Shown here piece after piece: positions 1-7,773 of a DNA stretch of 37,415 bases. The translations under genes and the position numbers were made by a program. Below the pieces are notes generated by a model. It had not been told where the DNA came from, searched no databases, and worked only from the letters and a program-made list of their open reading frames with translations. This DNA is from a virus, in IMG/VR virus record IMGVR_UViG_3300009839_000001; one strand, 5' to 3'. Each line of letters starts with the position of its first letter. Position 1 is the first letter of the stretch.

Positions 1-123
1 TCCATGTATCCGGCTTCCCGTACACTCTTCACGCGAGGCCTGCGATCATCTTGCGAACCTCTGACGCGCACGAGCGAACATCGCGGCCGCACGCCGCCGA
101 AGATTCCCGATATCGCACTCGCA
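1..123. repeat. Direct terminal repeat, copy 1 (identical to 37293-37415)
   Basis: Bases 1-123 (tccatgtatccggcttcccgtacactc...cgatatcgcactcgca) recur exactly at the window end. Unit length is 37292 bp. Confidence 0.95.
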
Positions 124-222
124 AAGCCACGCGTGGCACGTTCCGCAGTATTGGCACGGCTTCACCGACCAGTCGCCATCGAGTAACTTGCAAACCTCAC
201 AAACTTGCATCTGCCACATAAC

Positions 223-747
223 TCACCGAGTCAGAGCGATTATGCCCACGATGCCGGCGAGCGCGATCCATGCCCAAGTGCTGATATCACTCGAACCGAA
301 CGGAAGAACACCCGAGAGCAAGTTCTGCACATTGGTTTCGGCGCTCGGACCGGCCGCTGCAGTTGCGGTTGTCAAACATCCTGCTTCGGCGTTCGGCGGA
401 GGCGGTGTAACCGAGCCTGGATTCGCCGCGGCCAGCGCGCGCATATTTTGAATCTGCTGGACGCAATCGCTCGCTGCATAATCGATCTGAGCATTCGTCG
501 CAGCTCCGGTCGCTGCATTCATCAGAGCGGTGTAAGTCGCATTCGTGCCCGGCGGAGTCGGCGCTGGCCAAAAATATTTGTAAAAGTTCTCTGCGGTGTC
601 TACCACGGCCGCATCAGGATTTCCCCACGTGTACCAGGCCGGTGTGAGCAGTGACACACTCTGCTCTGCAGCCTGGCCGTAGCTCATGTCATCACCGAGA
701 GCTCTTCGGCGCCGTCTCACCGCGGGTTGTCGAGTCGCGACGTACAT
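223..747 (-). CDS. Tail-anchored membrane protein, MYV/LGD family paralog
   Basis: 174-aa ORF. N-terminus MYVATRQPAVRRRRRALGDD. C-terminal hydrophobic helix WAWIALAGIVGIIALTR. AAGG lies just upstream of the ATG. Confidence 0.6.
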   Translation of the reverse strand: MYVATRQPAVRRRRRALGDDMSYGQAAEQSVSLLTPAWYTWGNPDAAVVDTAENFYKYFWPAPTPPGTNATYTALMNAATGAATNAQIDYAASDCVQQIQNMRALAAANPGSVTPPPPNAEAGCLTTATAAAGPSAETNVQNLLSGVLPFGSSDISTWAWIALAGIVGIIALTR

Positions 748-764
748 ACCTTAGGTACTTTAGG

Positions 765-1199
765 TTACAAACTCACAGAACCCTGAGTTAGATACTTGGA
801 ACCGAGATACGCGGCCGCGCCGAGCAGAGCGACGGTCGCGAGTGAGACTTTCGGCAGATGGAATCCTCTACTCCGGCGCCGCCGCGGCGATGGGGCAGCT
901 CCACCGCCGCCGAACAGACTTCCGCCACCCTGGCCGAGATGCTTCAACAGGAACGCGCCACCGATCAGCACTCCGCCGATCATCGCAACACTCGTCCACG
1001 AGAGCCCGAATAAGCCCTCGGTGCTCACTGCGGTTCCGCTACTGTAATCCAACTGCTGAAGATCTCCCATGGTCACGAGCGGTGGACCGGTAAGCCGGCC
1101 CATTCGTCCGAGATCCGGTTGCTGCATCACCATGGCTGCGCACGATGGGCTTTCGATCATGCGTCGTTTTCGCATCGCCGTTTCTGCCGGAACGTACAT
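765..1199 (-). CDS. Gly-rich membrane protein, MYV-family N-terminus
   Basis: Start set at ATG 1199 (MYVPAETAMRKRRM), which has GGAG about 6 nt upstream. The ORF stays open to 1235. Two hydrophobic segments and an RRRR cluster. Confidence 0.5.
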   Translation of the reverse strand: MYVPAETAMRKRRMIESPSCAAMVMQQPDLGRMGRLTGPPLVTMGDLQQLDYSSGTAVSTEGLFGLSWTSVAMIGGVLIGGAFLLKHLGQGGGSLFGGGGAAPSPRRRRSRGFHLPKVSLATVALLGAAAYLGSKYLTQGSVSL

Positions 1200-1373
1200 A
1201 CTTGCTCCAATCGTTTGGTCTTTTGCCTTGCTCACGCCGTTCTGTGTCGATTTCGGCGTGTGTGCTCGCGATCAGTTGCTCGCGATCGTTCTCAGAAAAA
1301 AGAGCTTCGACCAGATCCAGCCAGATCTGGTCGTTCGTTGACTCCCTCGAAATTGTGTGGGGGAGTCGCCGCG

Positions 1374-1733
1374 TCACCTCCGCTTTCCCATAAGCAGCAG
1401 GAGGAAGACGAGAGCCCCTCCACCGATCAGAATCCAGGTGTTCGAAATCCCTGAAATCCACTGACTACCGCCGGCTGCCTGGTACTGTGCGGCTGCCTGA
1501 ACGACACTCGCCGGTGCGCCTGGCAAGGCTGCAGCCGCGAGAAGTGTCTGCGGTGAAACGGTCGGAATCGGAGCCGGATAATTCACGAGACTCGATGGCA
1601 GAGCCGGAGTGGAAGTGTCGAGTGGCGGTGCGACGTCCGATGCAACCCAGAGCGCGGGATTGTAGGAAGCGTACAGCGACGAGGAATCTCCAAGAGAGCG
1701 CCGGCGCCGCGGCATCGCTGATAGATAGCTCAT
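1374..1733 (-). CDS. Tail-anchored membrane protein, MSY..RRRRSLGD / IGGG..GKRR family
   Basis: 119 aa. N-terminus MSYLSAMPRRRRSLGD. C-terminus WILIGGGALVFLLLLMGKRR. Confidence 0.65.
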   Translation of the reverse strand: MSYLSAMPRRRRSLGDSSSLYASYNPALWVASDVAPPLDTSTPALPSSLVNYPAPIPTVSPQTLLAAAALPGAPASVVQAAAQYQAAGGSQWISGISNTWILIGGGALVFLLLLMGKRR

Positions 1734-1737
1734 AGAC

Positions 1738-2562
1738 TCACCGCCGTTTCCCGGACATCATGAGGATCACCAGAAGCAATCCCGCACCGATCAAGAGCAT
1801 CGAACCGCTGAGACCTCCGAAGGTCGACGCGAGCGAAGTCGCTGGCGCCGCTGTCTTCACCGTCGCCGGCGTTGCTGGTTTCAAAGCAGCCGAGAGAACG
1901 CTCGTGATATCCGTCCCGATGCTTGTCGTCAAGCTCGGTGCAGCCGCGGCCGTTGCGGATGAGCTGATTAACGTCGGTGTTGCTGTCGGCAGATTGAGAA
2001 TCGACGACGGAAAACTAGCTCCCGGGGCAGAAGCAGCGACGGTCTCGAGACTCGGAGCAAGATCGTTCGTAACCTGCAGAGGTGCCGTGTCCGGCATCAG
2101 ATCGCTCCACGTGTCATCCTGTCCGAGTGCGCGAGCTCTGCGATAGCCGCGTAGTGTCGATGCCATGCGGCGCGCCGCCAAAATTCCCGCATAAGCTTTC
2201 GAAACGCGGTCGAGCTGATCCTGGGTGAGTGCGGATGCGAGCCGGCCAAGTCCACCGAGACCGCTCACTCCCTGTTGCAAAGCGTCATTCCAGCAATCGA
2301 TCAGGAGTCCACTGTTCGCATCGCCACACGGATTCAGACTCGGCTCATAGCCCCAGCGGATCGCAACGCCGGTCCGGCAGAGAGGATTCGCGGCGAGGAA
2401 CGCTCGCCAAAGATGCGGGAAGTTCTTCCCTTTCAGTTTCTGGTAAGCTGCCCACTGCTTTGCACAGGTCGGCGAAAGTTCGGCCAGCCGTGCAGCGCCT
2501 GGCATCGGCATTCCGCTGGCGATCGGATCGCCGAGCGATCTTGCGACTGTATTGATGTACAT
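1738..2562 (-). CDS. Tail-anchored membrane protein, same family
   Basis: 274 aa. N-terminus MYINTVARSLGD. Ala/Thr/Ser-rich linker. C-terminus MLLIGAGLLLVILMMSGKRR. Confidence 0.65.
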   Translation of the reverse strand: MYINTVARSLGDPIASGMPMPGAARLAELSPTCAKQWAAYQKLKGKNFPHLWRAFLAANPLCRTGVAIRWGYEPSLNPCGDANSGLLIDCWNDALQQGVSGLGGLGRLASALTQDQLDRVSKAYAGILAARRMASTLRGYRRARALGQDDTWSDLMPDTAPLQVTNDLAPSLETVAASAPGASFPSSILNLPTATPTLISSSATAAAAPSLTTSIGTDITSVLSAALKPATPATVKTAAPATSLASTFGGLSGSMLLIGAGLLLVILMMSGKRR

Positions 2563-2572
2563 GACAAACCCT

Positions 2573-3439
2573 CTATTTCCGCATCAGCATGAACAGAACC
2601 AAGAGCCCACCGCCGATCCAGATCAGACTTGAGTAATCCGGAGTCGTTGCCACGACGGCCGTTGTGCCGGTGGCCGCGGCTGTACCCGCAGCGCCCGCAG
2701 CGACGAGCGCCGCATTGGTGATCGGTGCACAACTCGGATCGTTCGGGTTGTAGCCCGGATACGAGGGATTGGTGCAAATCGGGTTATTCCCGGTCGTACA
2801 GCTCGGATCCGATGGGTTGTAATATTGGCTCGTCGTGTCCGAACACACGGGCGACGTGTTCCAGGGAGCGTAATTGCTCGTGCCGTAAGAAGTCCCGCGC
2901 CGATTGTTCGATTTGTATTGGCGTCCCTGCCCACCCTGCCCACCCTGCCCACCCTGGCCCCCTTGCCCACCCTGGCCCCCTTGCCAACGGCTCGAACCTG
3001 GCGCTGTGACAGGTGTGACAGGTGCCGGCGTCGGTCCGAGAGCAACTGGGAATCGCGGTGTGGCGATCGGCCGGCGGCCGATCCGTAGACCAGACGTGGC
3101 CACAACACCGAGCCCTTGCAGTTCAACGGGTCCGCCATAGGGCGACATGTCGCGATAGGTCGACGGTGCCCAGGGCATCGAACCATAGTTCACCGGTGCC
3201 CCTGATCCGGACGGCTGTGCACCGGTTCCGCACGTGGTACACCTCCGGCGCCGGTGCTTCTGCTGGGATCCTCCACCTGGTCGACTGCCACGCCAGCCAC
3301 CTCCGCCGCCGCCGTAACCGTAGCCTTGACCGCCGATAACTGGTGCGACGGCCGGTGCTGAACTGCAGACGCGTGCACCGCTCGTGGGATCGATCGTGCA
3401 AGTGTCACCGAGACTCGATGGAACGACTAGATACGACAT
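2573..3439 (-). CDS. Gly/Cys/Pro-rich tail-anchored membrane protein, same family
   Basis: 288 aa. N-terminus MSYLVVPSSLGDTCTIDP. Contains GYGYGGGGGGW and a (GGQ)n run. C-terminus LIWIGGGLLVLFMLMRK. Confidence 0.65.
   Translation of the reverse strand: MSYLVVPSSLGDTCTIDPTSGARVCSSAPAVAPVIGGQGYGYGGGGGGWRGSRPGGGSQQKHRRRRCTTCGTGAQPSGSGAPVNYGSMPWAPSTYRDMSPYGGPVELQGLGVVATSGLRIGRRPIATPRFPVALGPTPAPVTPVTAPGSSRWQGGQGGQGGQGGQGGQGGQGRQYKSNNRRGTSYGTSNYAPWNTSPVCSDTTSQYYNPSDPSCTTGNNPICTNPSYPGYNPNDPSCAPITNAALVAAGAAGTAAATGTTAVVATTPDYSSLIWIGGGLLVLFMLMRK
2925..2986. repeat. 9-bp tandem repeat (ccctgccca-like units) encoding (GGQ)n on the minus strand
   Basis: Read directly: ccctgcccaccctgcccaccctgcccaccctggcccccttgcccaccctggccccc. 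It translates to GGQGGQGGQGGQGGQGGQGRQ. Confidence 0.85.
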
Positions 3440-3442
3440 GCG

Positions 3443-4216
3443 TCATCTCCTACCCATCAAAAGAAACAAAATCAGTCCACCGCCGAGAAGCCAGATCCAG
3501 ATAGGCAACCCGGCGAGTGTGCTGCTACTCAAAGCCGAAATCCCGGACGAGCCGTAACTCACCATAATGCTCGGTGTGCCGGCGATCGCACCGTTTGTCG
3601 GAGTGGCCGGGATCGTGTAGCTTCCACCCCCAGATTGAATCAGTGCGGTTAAATTCGCGACGGTCGGTTCGACGATGAAGCAACCGAGACAGCACGCCGC
3701 GTTGCACGTCCCGGACATATTGCAGCAAGGTCGGGAAACGGATGTTCCAGGTCCGCTATAAACACAGCTCGGATCGCAGTCACCGCCCTTTTTGATAATT
3801 CCACTCACGCTCGAGTAGTAACTCGATTGTGCCGATTGCAGAGCGCTGATCGCCGCGGCCGGAGTCAGCGAGCCCGCGGAGAGCGCCGCCATGATCTGCT
3901 GAACCGCGGCCAGGAACGCGGGCAGGTTCGCGGTTAGAGTTGAACCCTCTTTTGAAACTGCAGCCGCATGCGAGCTCGTGAAAAGATTCGCGATCGTTCC
4001 GACGATCGGAGCGAGAGCCGGACCGACAACCGGAATCAGGCTAACTCCTACCTCCGCGGTCTTCACGCCGGCTTGCTCTCCAGGGGATGCGGTAAGACCG
4101 AGGCGCCCGACAGCCTGGTGATTGTCTTGGCGCACACGAGCTGCACGATAAGCACCGAGCGACATCGGCCGTCGCATCACGAGCTGCGAACTGGCGGGCT
4201 GCGTTGAAACGTACAT
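3443..4216 (-). CDS. Cys-rich tail-anchored membrane protein, same family
   Basis: Start moved to ATG 4216 (MYVSTQPASSQLVMRRPMSLG) by analogy with the paralogs. Cys cluster CCNMSGTCNAACCLGC. C-terminus IWIWLLGGGLILFLLMGRR. Confidence 0.6.
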   Translation of the reverse strand: MYVSTQPASSQLVMRRPMSLGAYRAARVRQDNHQAVGRLGLTASPGEQAGVKTAEVGVSLIPVVGPALAPIVGTIANLFTSSHAAAVSKEGSTLTANLPAFLAAVQQIMAALSAGSLTPAAAISALQSAQSSYYSSVSGIIKKGGDCDPSCVYSGPGTSVSRPCCNMSGTCNAACCLGCFIVEPTVANLTALIQSGGGSYTIPATPTNGAIAGTPSIMVSYGSSGISALSSSTLAGLPIWIWLLGGGLILFLLMGRR

Positions 4217-4283
4217 CGCTAACTTTCCAGCCGGCGGGCGTCCGGCCATTCGACCCGATCTTTTTCGTCGTCAATCGGCATAT

Positions 4284-5117
4284 TCATTTGCTTCGGGAGT
4301 ACAAAAAAATTCCGCCGCCGATCGCGAGCAGACAGAGAAGAGCAGTCGTCGAAATGTTTCCGCTCACCGCCGGCGCTGCAACGACAGGGACAGGAATCGG
4401 CGGGTTTGTCCCATAAGTGAGCCGGCTCGCAGCCGCGGCGATTAGCGGGCTCGCAACGTCGTAGATCTCCTGCTGTGCTGGAGTCCAGGTCGATTGATCC
4501 GGAAGTGTGCTCCCATCGCCGAGCCTGGGATGAGAATAAGTTTTCGATCGATAGATCACGGGCGGCTCCCATCCGGCAAACGAGTGCGGCACTGTGGAGT
4601 CGAGACCTTTCCACTGTCCCGTTCGTTTGTCTTGCGCGACCACGTACACATGCGAGAACTGATCCGGAGCTGCTCGAGCTGCAGCGACCGTTTTGAACTG
4701 GACGTTATAGCCGACCGATCGCAGTAGCGCCGCGATCAGAATCGAGTGATCGTCACAATCACCGGCGCCGAGCTGCAGCGTAACCACCGGGCTCTGTAAG
4801 GTCTCGGCGTTCTCGCCGCGAAACTCGATATTGTGTTTAACCCAAGCGAGAACGGAATCGATCTCGTCGATGTTCTTCACGGATCCGCGAACGGCTTCGA
4901 GAGCCTTCACTCGCACCTGGGGATTGCCGACGCCTTCCGGTCCGATGACGAGGCTTTGCATATGGAGGATCGTTTTATGGATCGCCGAATCACCGTGACC
5001 GATCTTCCATCGGCGCATTCGGTAAGACGAAGACGGGGCCCGGGCGAGCTTTTCCGCGCAATCCATGGCTTGCAGTGTTCGGTTGAGACTTAGCCCGACA
5101 TTGGAAGGAAGCCGCAT
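4284..5117 (-). CDS. Transglutaminase-like cysteine peptidase domain protein with C-terminal membrane anchor; first gene of the minus arm
   Basis: GAGDCDDHSILIAALLRSVGYNV ... HVYV ... GLDST fits the Cys-His-Asp transglutaminase-core pattern. C-terminus ALLCLLAIGGGIFLYSRSK. Confidence 0.65.
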   Translation of the reverse strand: MRLPSNVGLSLNRTLQAMDCAEKLARAPSSSYRMRRWKIGHGDSAIHKTILHMQSLVIGPEGVGNPQVRVKALEAVRGSVKNIDEIDSVLAWVKHNIEFRGENAETLQSPVVTLQLGAGDCDDHSILIAALLRSVGYNVQFKTVAAARAAPDQFSHVYVVAQDKRTGQWKGLDSTVPHSFAGWEPPVIYRSKTYSHPRLGDGSTLPDQSTWTPAQQEIYDVASPLIAAAASRLTYGTNPPIPVPVVAAPAVSGNISTTALLCLLAIGGGIFLYSRSK

Positions 5118-5394
5118 AGATTCAACTAAGCGCCCACCCGAATCGATGGAGCGATCTGGTCAACACCCCCCACGGGTGAAGGCAAACCCTCAAAAGAACC
5201 GGGTGGAGCGCTTAGTTCAGTGCCGGGGTTCACCAAAGCTAATAAATCAGCCTAGAACCCCGGCTTGGATGAGCTCTAACCGCGTTTGCGTGAGCCTCGA
5301 ATCCTGGAAAATGGTCGCGGACGGCGGGAGTTTTGGCAAGGTTACTACGGCCGATTACGGTAGGTATTTTACTGTACAGTCCCTGCGGTTCCCC

Positions 5395-5424
5395 CGTGTT
5401 TCCCCTCTCGACGGGGGAAACACG
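5395..5424 (+). promoter_or_regulatory. Strong hairpin in the divergent control region
   Basis: 11-bp perfect inverted repeat cgtgtttcccc / ggggaaacacg with an 8-nt loop, followed by TTTGAG. It lies in the 5118-5470 gap between the two arms. Confidence 0.5.
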
Positions 5425-5470
5425 TTTGAGTATTGATTCTTGCGGTGATATCACGCATTCTGAGAGCAGA

Positions 5471-5863
5471 ATGATGCCGAATCCCCAGCTCGAGCTGCCC
5501 ACCGAGGCGATCGAGGACGCGCTGATTCAGTGCGCCATCCCTGGCTTCTACGGTGAACTGTGCGTGGAGATCAAGATCCTGCCCACCGCCGCGCTCGAAG
5601 TGTCGTTTCAATCGACGCGAAAGCAGACGACGCAGACCGAAGTCGTGAAACAGACTCACCCGATCGTTACATCGAACGAACGCGTGAGCAAAGTGCGGCA
5701 GAAAATCTCGGAAGTGAAGCAACGGCTGCGCTTGCAGTGCCCGGTGTCGTGTCTCCGCGCGCTCTTCCGGGATGGCAACCTGGTGCACTTCGAGGTCACC
5801 GAAGTTGGAGAGCTCGCCACAGCGAAACTTCCGCCGGCGATACCGCCCGCGCGCGCCGGCTAA
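5471..5863 (+). CDS. Hypothetical protein (first plus-arm gene)
   Basis: ORF 5333-5863 trimmed to ATG 5471 (MMPNPQLELPTEAIEDA...), downstream of the hairpin. No motif recognised. Confidence 0.5.
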   Translation: MMPNPQLELPTEAIEDALIQCAIPGFYGELCVEIKILPTAALEVSFQSTRKQTTQTEVVKQTHPIVTSNERVSKVRQKISEVKQRLRLQCPVSCLRALFRDGNLVHFEVTEVGELATAKLPPAIPPARAG

Positions 5864-5870
5864 ACCGTTC

Positions 5871-5900
5871 TTGCTGTAACGCGGTGCGCCGGTGTATAAA
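5871..5900 (+). promoter_or_regulatory. Sigma70-like promoter candidate (TTGCTG-N18-TATAAA)
   Basis: Hexamers read by eye between the 5863 stop and the 5948 hairpin. The -35 element is weak. Confidence 0.3.
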
Positions 5901-5947
5901 GTTCTCGCCCATTCAAACCTGAACTCCTGGACAACGAAACGAATTCG

Positions 5948-6008
5948 ACTCCGGGAGAGAAATGCGATCGCTGGAACGATCGTGCTTCTCTCCCGGAGTT
6001 TCTTTTTC
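5948..6008 (+). terminator. Rho-independent terminator-like hairpin
   Basis: 14-bp perfect stem actccgggagagaa / ttctctcccggagt. The inner loop is itself self-complementary (gcgatcg..cgatcg). Followed by TTCTTTTTC. Confidence 0.7.
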
Positions 6009-6026
6009 TGATGGAGACAATCTCAA

Positions 6027-7526
6027 ATGGCAAAGTCAAACAAGGCGCGTACCCGCGGGCCGGAGGTCGTAGATCCTTCGGCCGAACCATTCACAGGCGA
6101 GTTTTTAGATGTTGAGAACGAACCGGTCACCGATCCGCGGTTGATCCACGAACAGTGGATGGCCCAGGTGATGAACCCCAACGTAACTTTCTTCGATGCG
6201 CTCGCCGAAATCCCGAAAGGCGGATGGGACCTGCTGAGTCTCTATCTCTACCGGCTGGAGCCGAAGATCGCGAACCGGGAAGGTGAACAGAAATACATCG
6301 ATTGCTATGGGACGCCGATCAGCGAAGCAAGTGTGAAAGCATCCCACGGTGGAGGAAAGTTCGAGGCTTACTTGAAGGCCGGAAAGACGACGCTCCGCAA
6401 ACACAAATTCTGGATCGATGGTGAGCCGCTTTACAAAGACGGTCAAACTTTCCGCGGAGGTGCGACACCTGGTGCGCCTGCAGGATCGATTCTCCCGCCG
6501 GCGCTCAGTAACGAGCAGGGAATCGCAAGCATCGTGCGCCAGGTCATTGAAGCGACGAAGGGTGACTCGAAAGCTGCGGATGCCGGAATCGAAGTGCTGA
6601 AACGCGCCATGATGGACGGCCTCGAGCTCACGAGCTCGATCTCGAAAAGACAGATGGAGTCCACGACCGGAAGCGCGATCGGCGATAAGCTTTTCGATCA
6701 ACTCTTGCCGAAACTTCTCAATCCTCCAAGCCAACCCACAACAGATCCCCTCGTGCTGAAACTTCTCGATGCAGTGATCGCGAGCAATAAATCAGAGCGA
6801 CGAGAGCAAAATCCGACACCAACGCCGGCGGGCGGAACCGAACTTACCCTCGTGAAGGATCTGCTTGGAGTCGATTCGCTGCGCGAACTGATTGAGTTTG
6901 GCAGCAAGCGCAGTGCCGAAACACCCTGGTACGTAACTCTAATCGCGAACGGTCTCTACAAACTTCCAACTCTTCTGAACGAATTCGCGCAGATGCAAGA
7001 ACGCGCATTCCAGCGCGCGCTAATCGCTCACCAGGTCAGTCTCGGTGCGAATCCGGCCAACGCTGCAAGACCGGTTGCCTTCGCGAGCGCACCAATGATC
7101 CCGGTCGATCGCGCCGCGGTTCCACCGAAGATGCCCGCGGCTCCGGCGAGCTCTATCTCGGTCAGTGAGCAGATGATCGCCGGCGTTGTCGAAGGAATCA
7201 CCAGAGCATACGACGAAGGGTATCCGGGTGATGTTGCCGGCGCGCACATCCGCCTGCTCTACCCTCAACTCGTCGATTCATTGAGGCCGCTCCTGGCCGA
7301 CGAACAGCAACTCTCCGCCTTCGTTGCGCAGATGCCTCCGCTCGCCGAACGATCGCGCGAACCTGAATGGCATGAGTTTCAGCAGGAACTGATCGAAGAG
7401 CTGAGCCAAGTCCCGATGCCGGCCGGAGAAGCCGCTGCGAGTGCAGTTCCGGATAATCTCGCGGTGCTATCACCGGAAGCAGCGGGTGGGGTGGCAGCGG
7501 ATCCTGGAAAAAAGAAAGTGAACTGA
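6027..7526 (+). CDS. Large hypothetical protein (499 aa), acidic C-terminus
   Basis: Longest plus-arm ORF, with ATG preceded by GGAG. No convincing catalytic motif; see the rejected P-loop-like AYLKAGKT. Confidence 0.7.
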   Translation: MAKSNKARTRGPEVVDPSAEPFTGEFLDVENEPVTDPRLIHEQWMAQVMNPNVTFFDALAEIPKGGWDLLSLYLYRLEPKIANREGEQKYIDCYGTPISEASVKASHGGGKFEAYLKAGKTTLRKHKFWIDGEPLYKDGQTFRGGATPGAPAGSILPPALSNEQGIASIVRQVIEATKGDSKAADAGIEVLKRAMMDGLELTSSISKRQMESTTGSAIGDKLFDQLLPKLLNPPSQPTTDPLVLKLLDAVIASNKSERREQNPTPTPAGGTELTLVKDLLGVDSLRELIEFGSKRSAETPWYVTLIANGLYKLPTLLNEFAQMQERAFQRALIAHQVSLGANPANAARPVAFASAPMIPVDRAAVPPKMPAAPASSISVSEQMIAGVVEGITRAYDEGYPGDVAGAHIRLLYPQLVDSLRPLLADEQQLSAFVAQMPPLAERSREPEWHEFQQELIEELSQVPMPAGEAAASAVPDNLAVLSPEAAGGVAADPGKKKVN

Positions 7527-7619
7527 TCCCGCGCACACTGACTTAGAATTGCCGATGACGGGAAAGGAGGTCGCGGAGAAATCGCCCAGAGAACTAGAGC
7601 TCTTCAAGTCAACTGAAAA

Positions 7620-7641
7620 GCCCAGCCTGTGAGAGCTGGGC
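7620..7641 (-). terminator. GC-rich hairpin with a T-tract on the minus-strand side
   Basis: gcccagc-ctgtgaga-gctgggc. The minus strand reads the stem followed by TTTTCAGTT. The plus strand has no T-run. Confidence 0.35.
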
Positions 7642-7773
7642 CGAGCCGTTCGTAGCGCAGTTGGATTAGAGTCACATCCTACCACAGCGAAGATCCAGCC
7701 GGATCGATGCGTCTTTTGTGCACACTTTTGCAGAGTAATCAAGTAACTCTGGCGCACTCAGGGGCTTGCGGCA

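Noticed and set aside
4-186. Plus-strand 60-aa ORF at the window start
   Set aside because: It lies antisense to the through-junction minus-arm gene and partly within the terminal repeat. Its Arg/Pro-rich composition is typical of a shadow ORF.
1374-1733. Reading PRRRRSLGD as a twin-arginine (Tat) signal
   Set aside because: No hydrophobic h-region or AxA site follows the Arg run, and the proteins are anchored at the C-terminus instead.
6366-6389. P-loop-like AYLKAGKT ([AG]x4GK[ST]) in the 499-aa protein, which could have marked a packaging or replication ATPase
   Set aside because: There is no preceding hydrophobic beta-strand, no Walker B-like hhhhDE downstream, and the charged context is atypical. 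It is most likely a chance PROSITE-pattern hit.
6105-6734. Long antisense ORFs inside real genes (for example 6105-6734 minus, 12879-13550 minus, 23076-23876 plus, 10365-10760 minus)
   Set aside because: These are typical GC-rich shadow ORFs, Arg/Ser/Pro-rich and lacking an RBS. They sit opposite ORFs that have clear motifs or coupling.
7640-7715. tRNA-like stretch (..gtagcgcagttggattagag.. D-arm look-alike) upstream of the integrase
   Set aside because: The D-stem pairs only 3/4. I could fold no anticodon stem, T-arm or complementary acceptor strand. It is not a tRNA, at best an eroded fragment.
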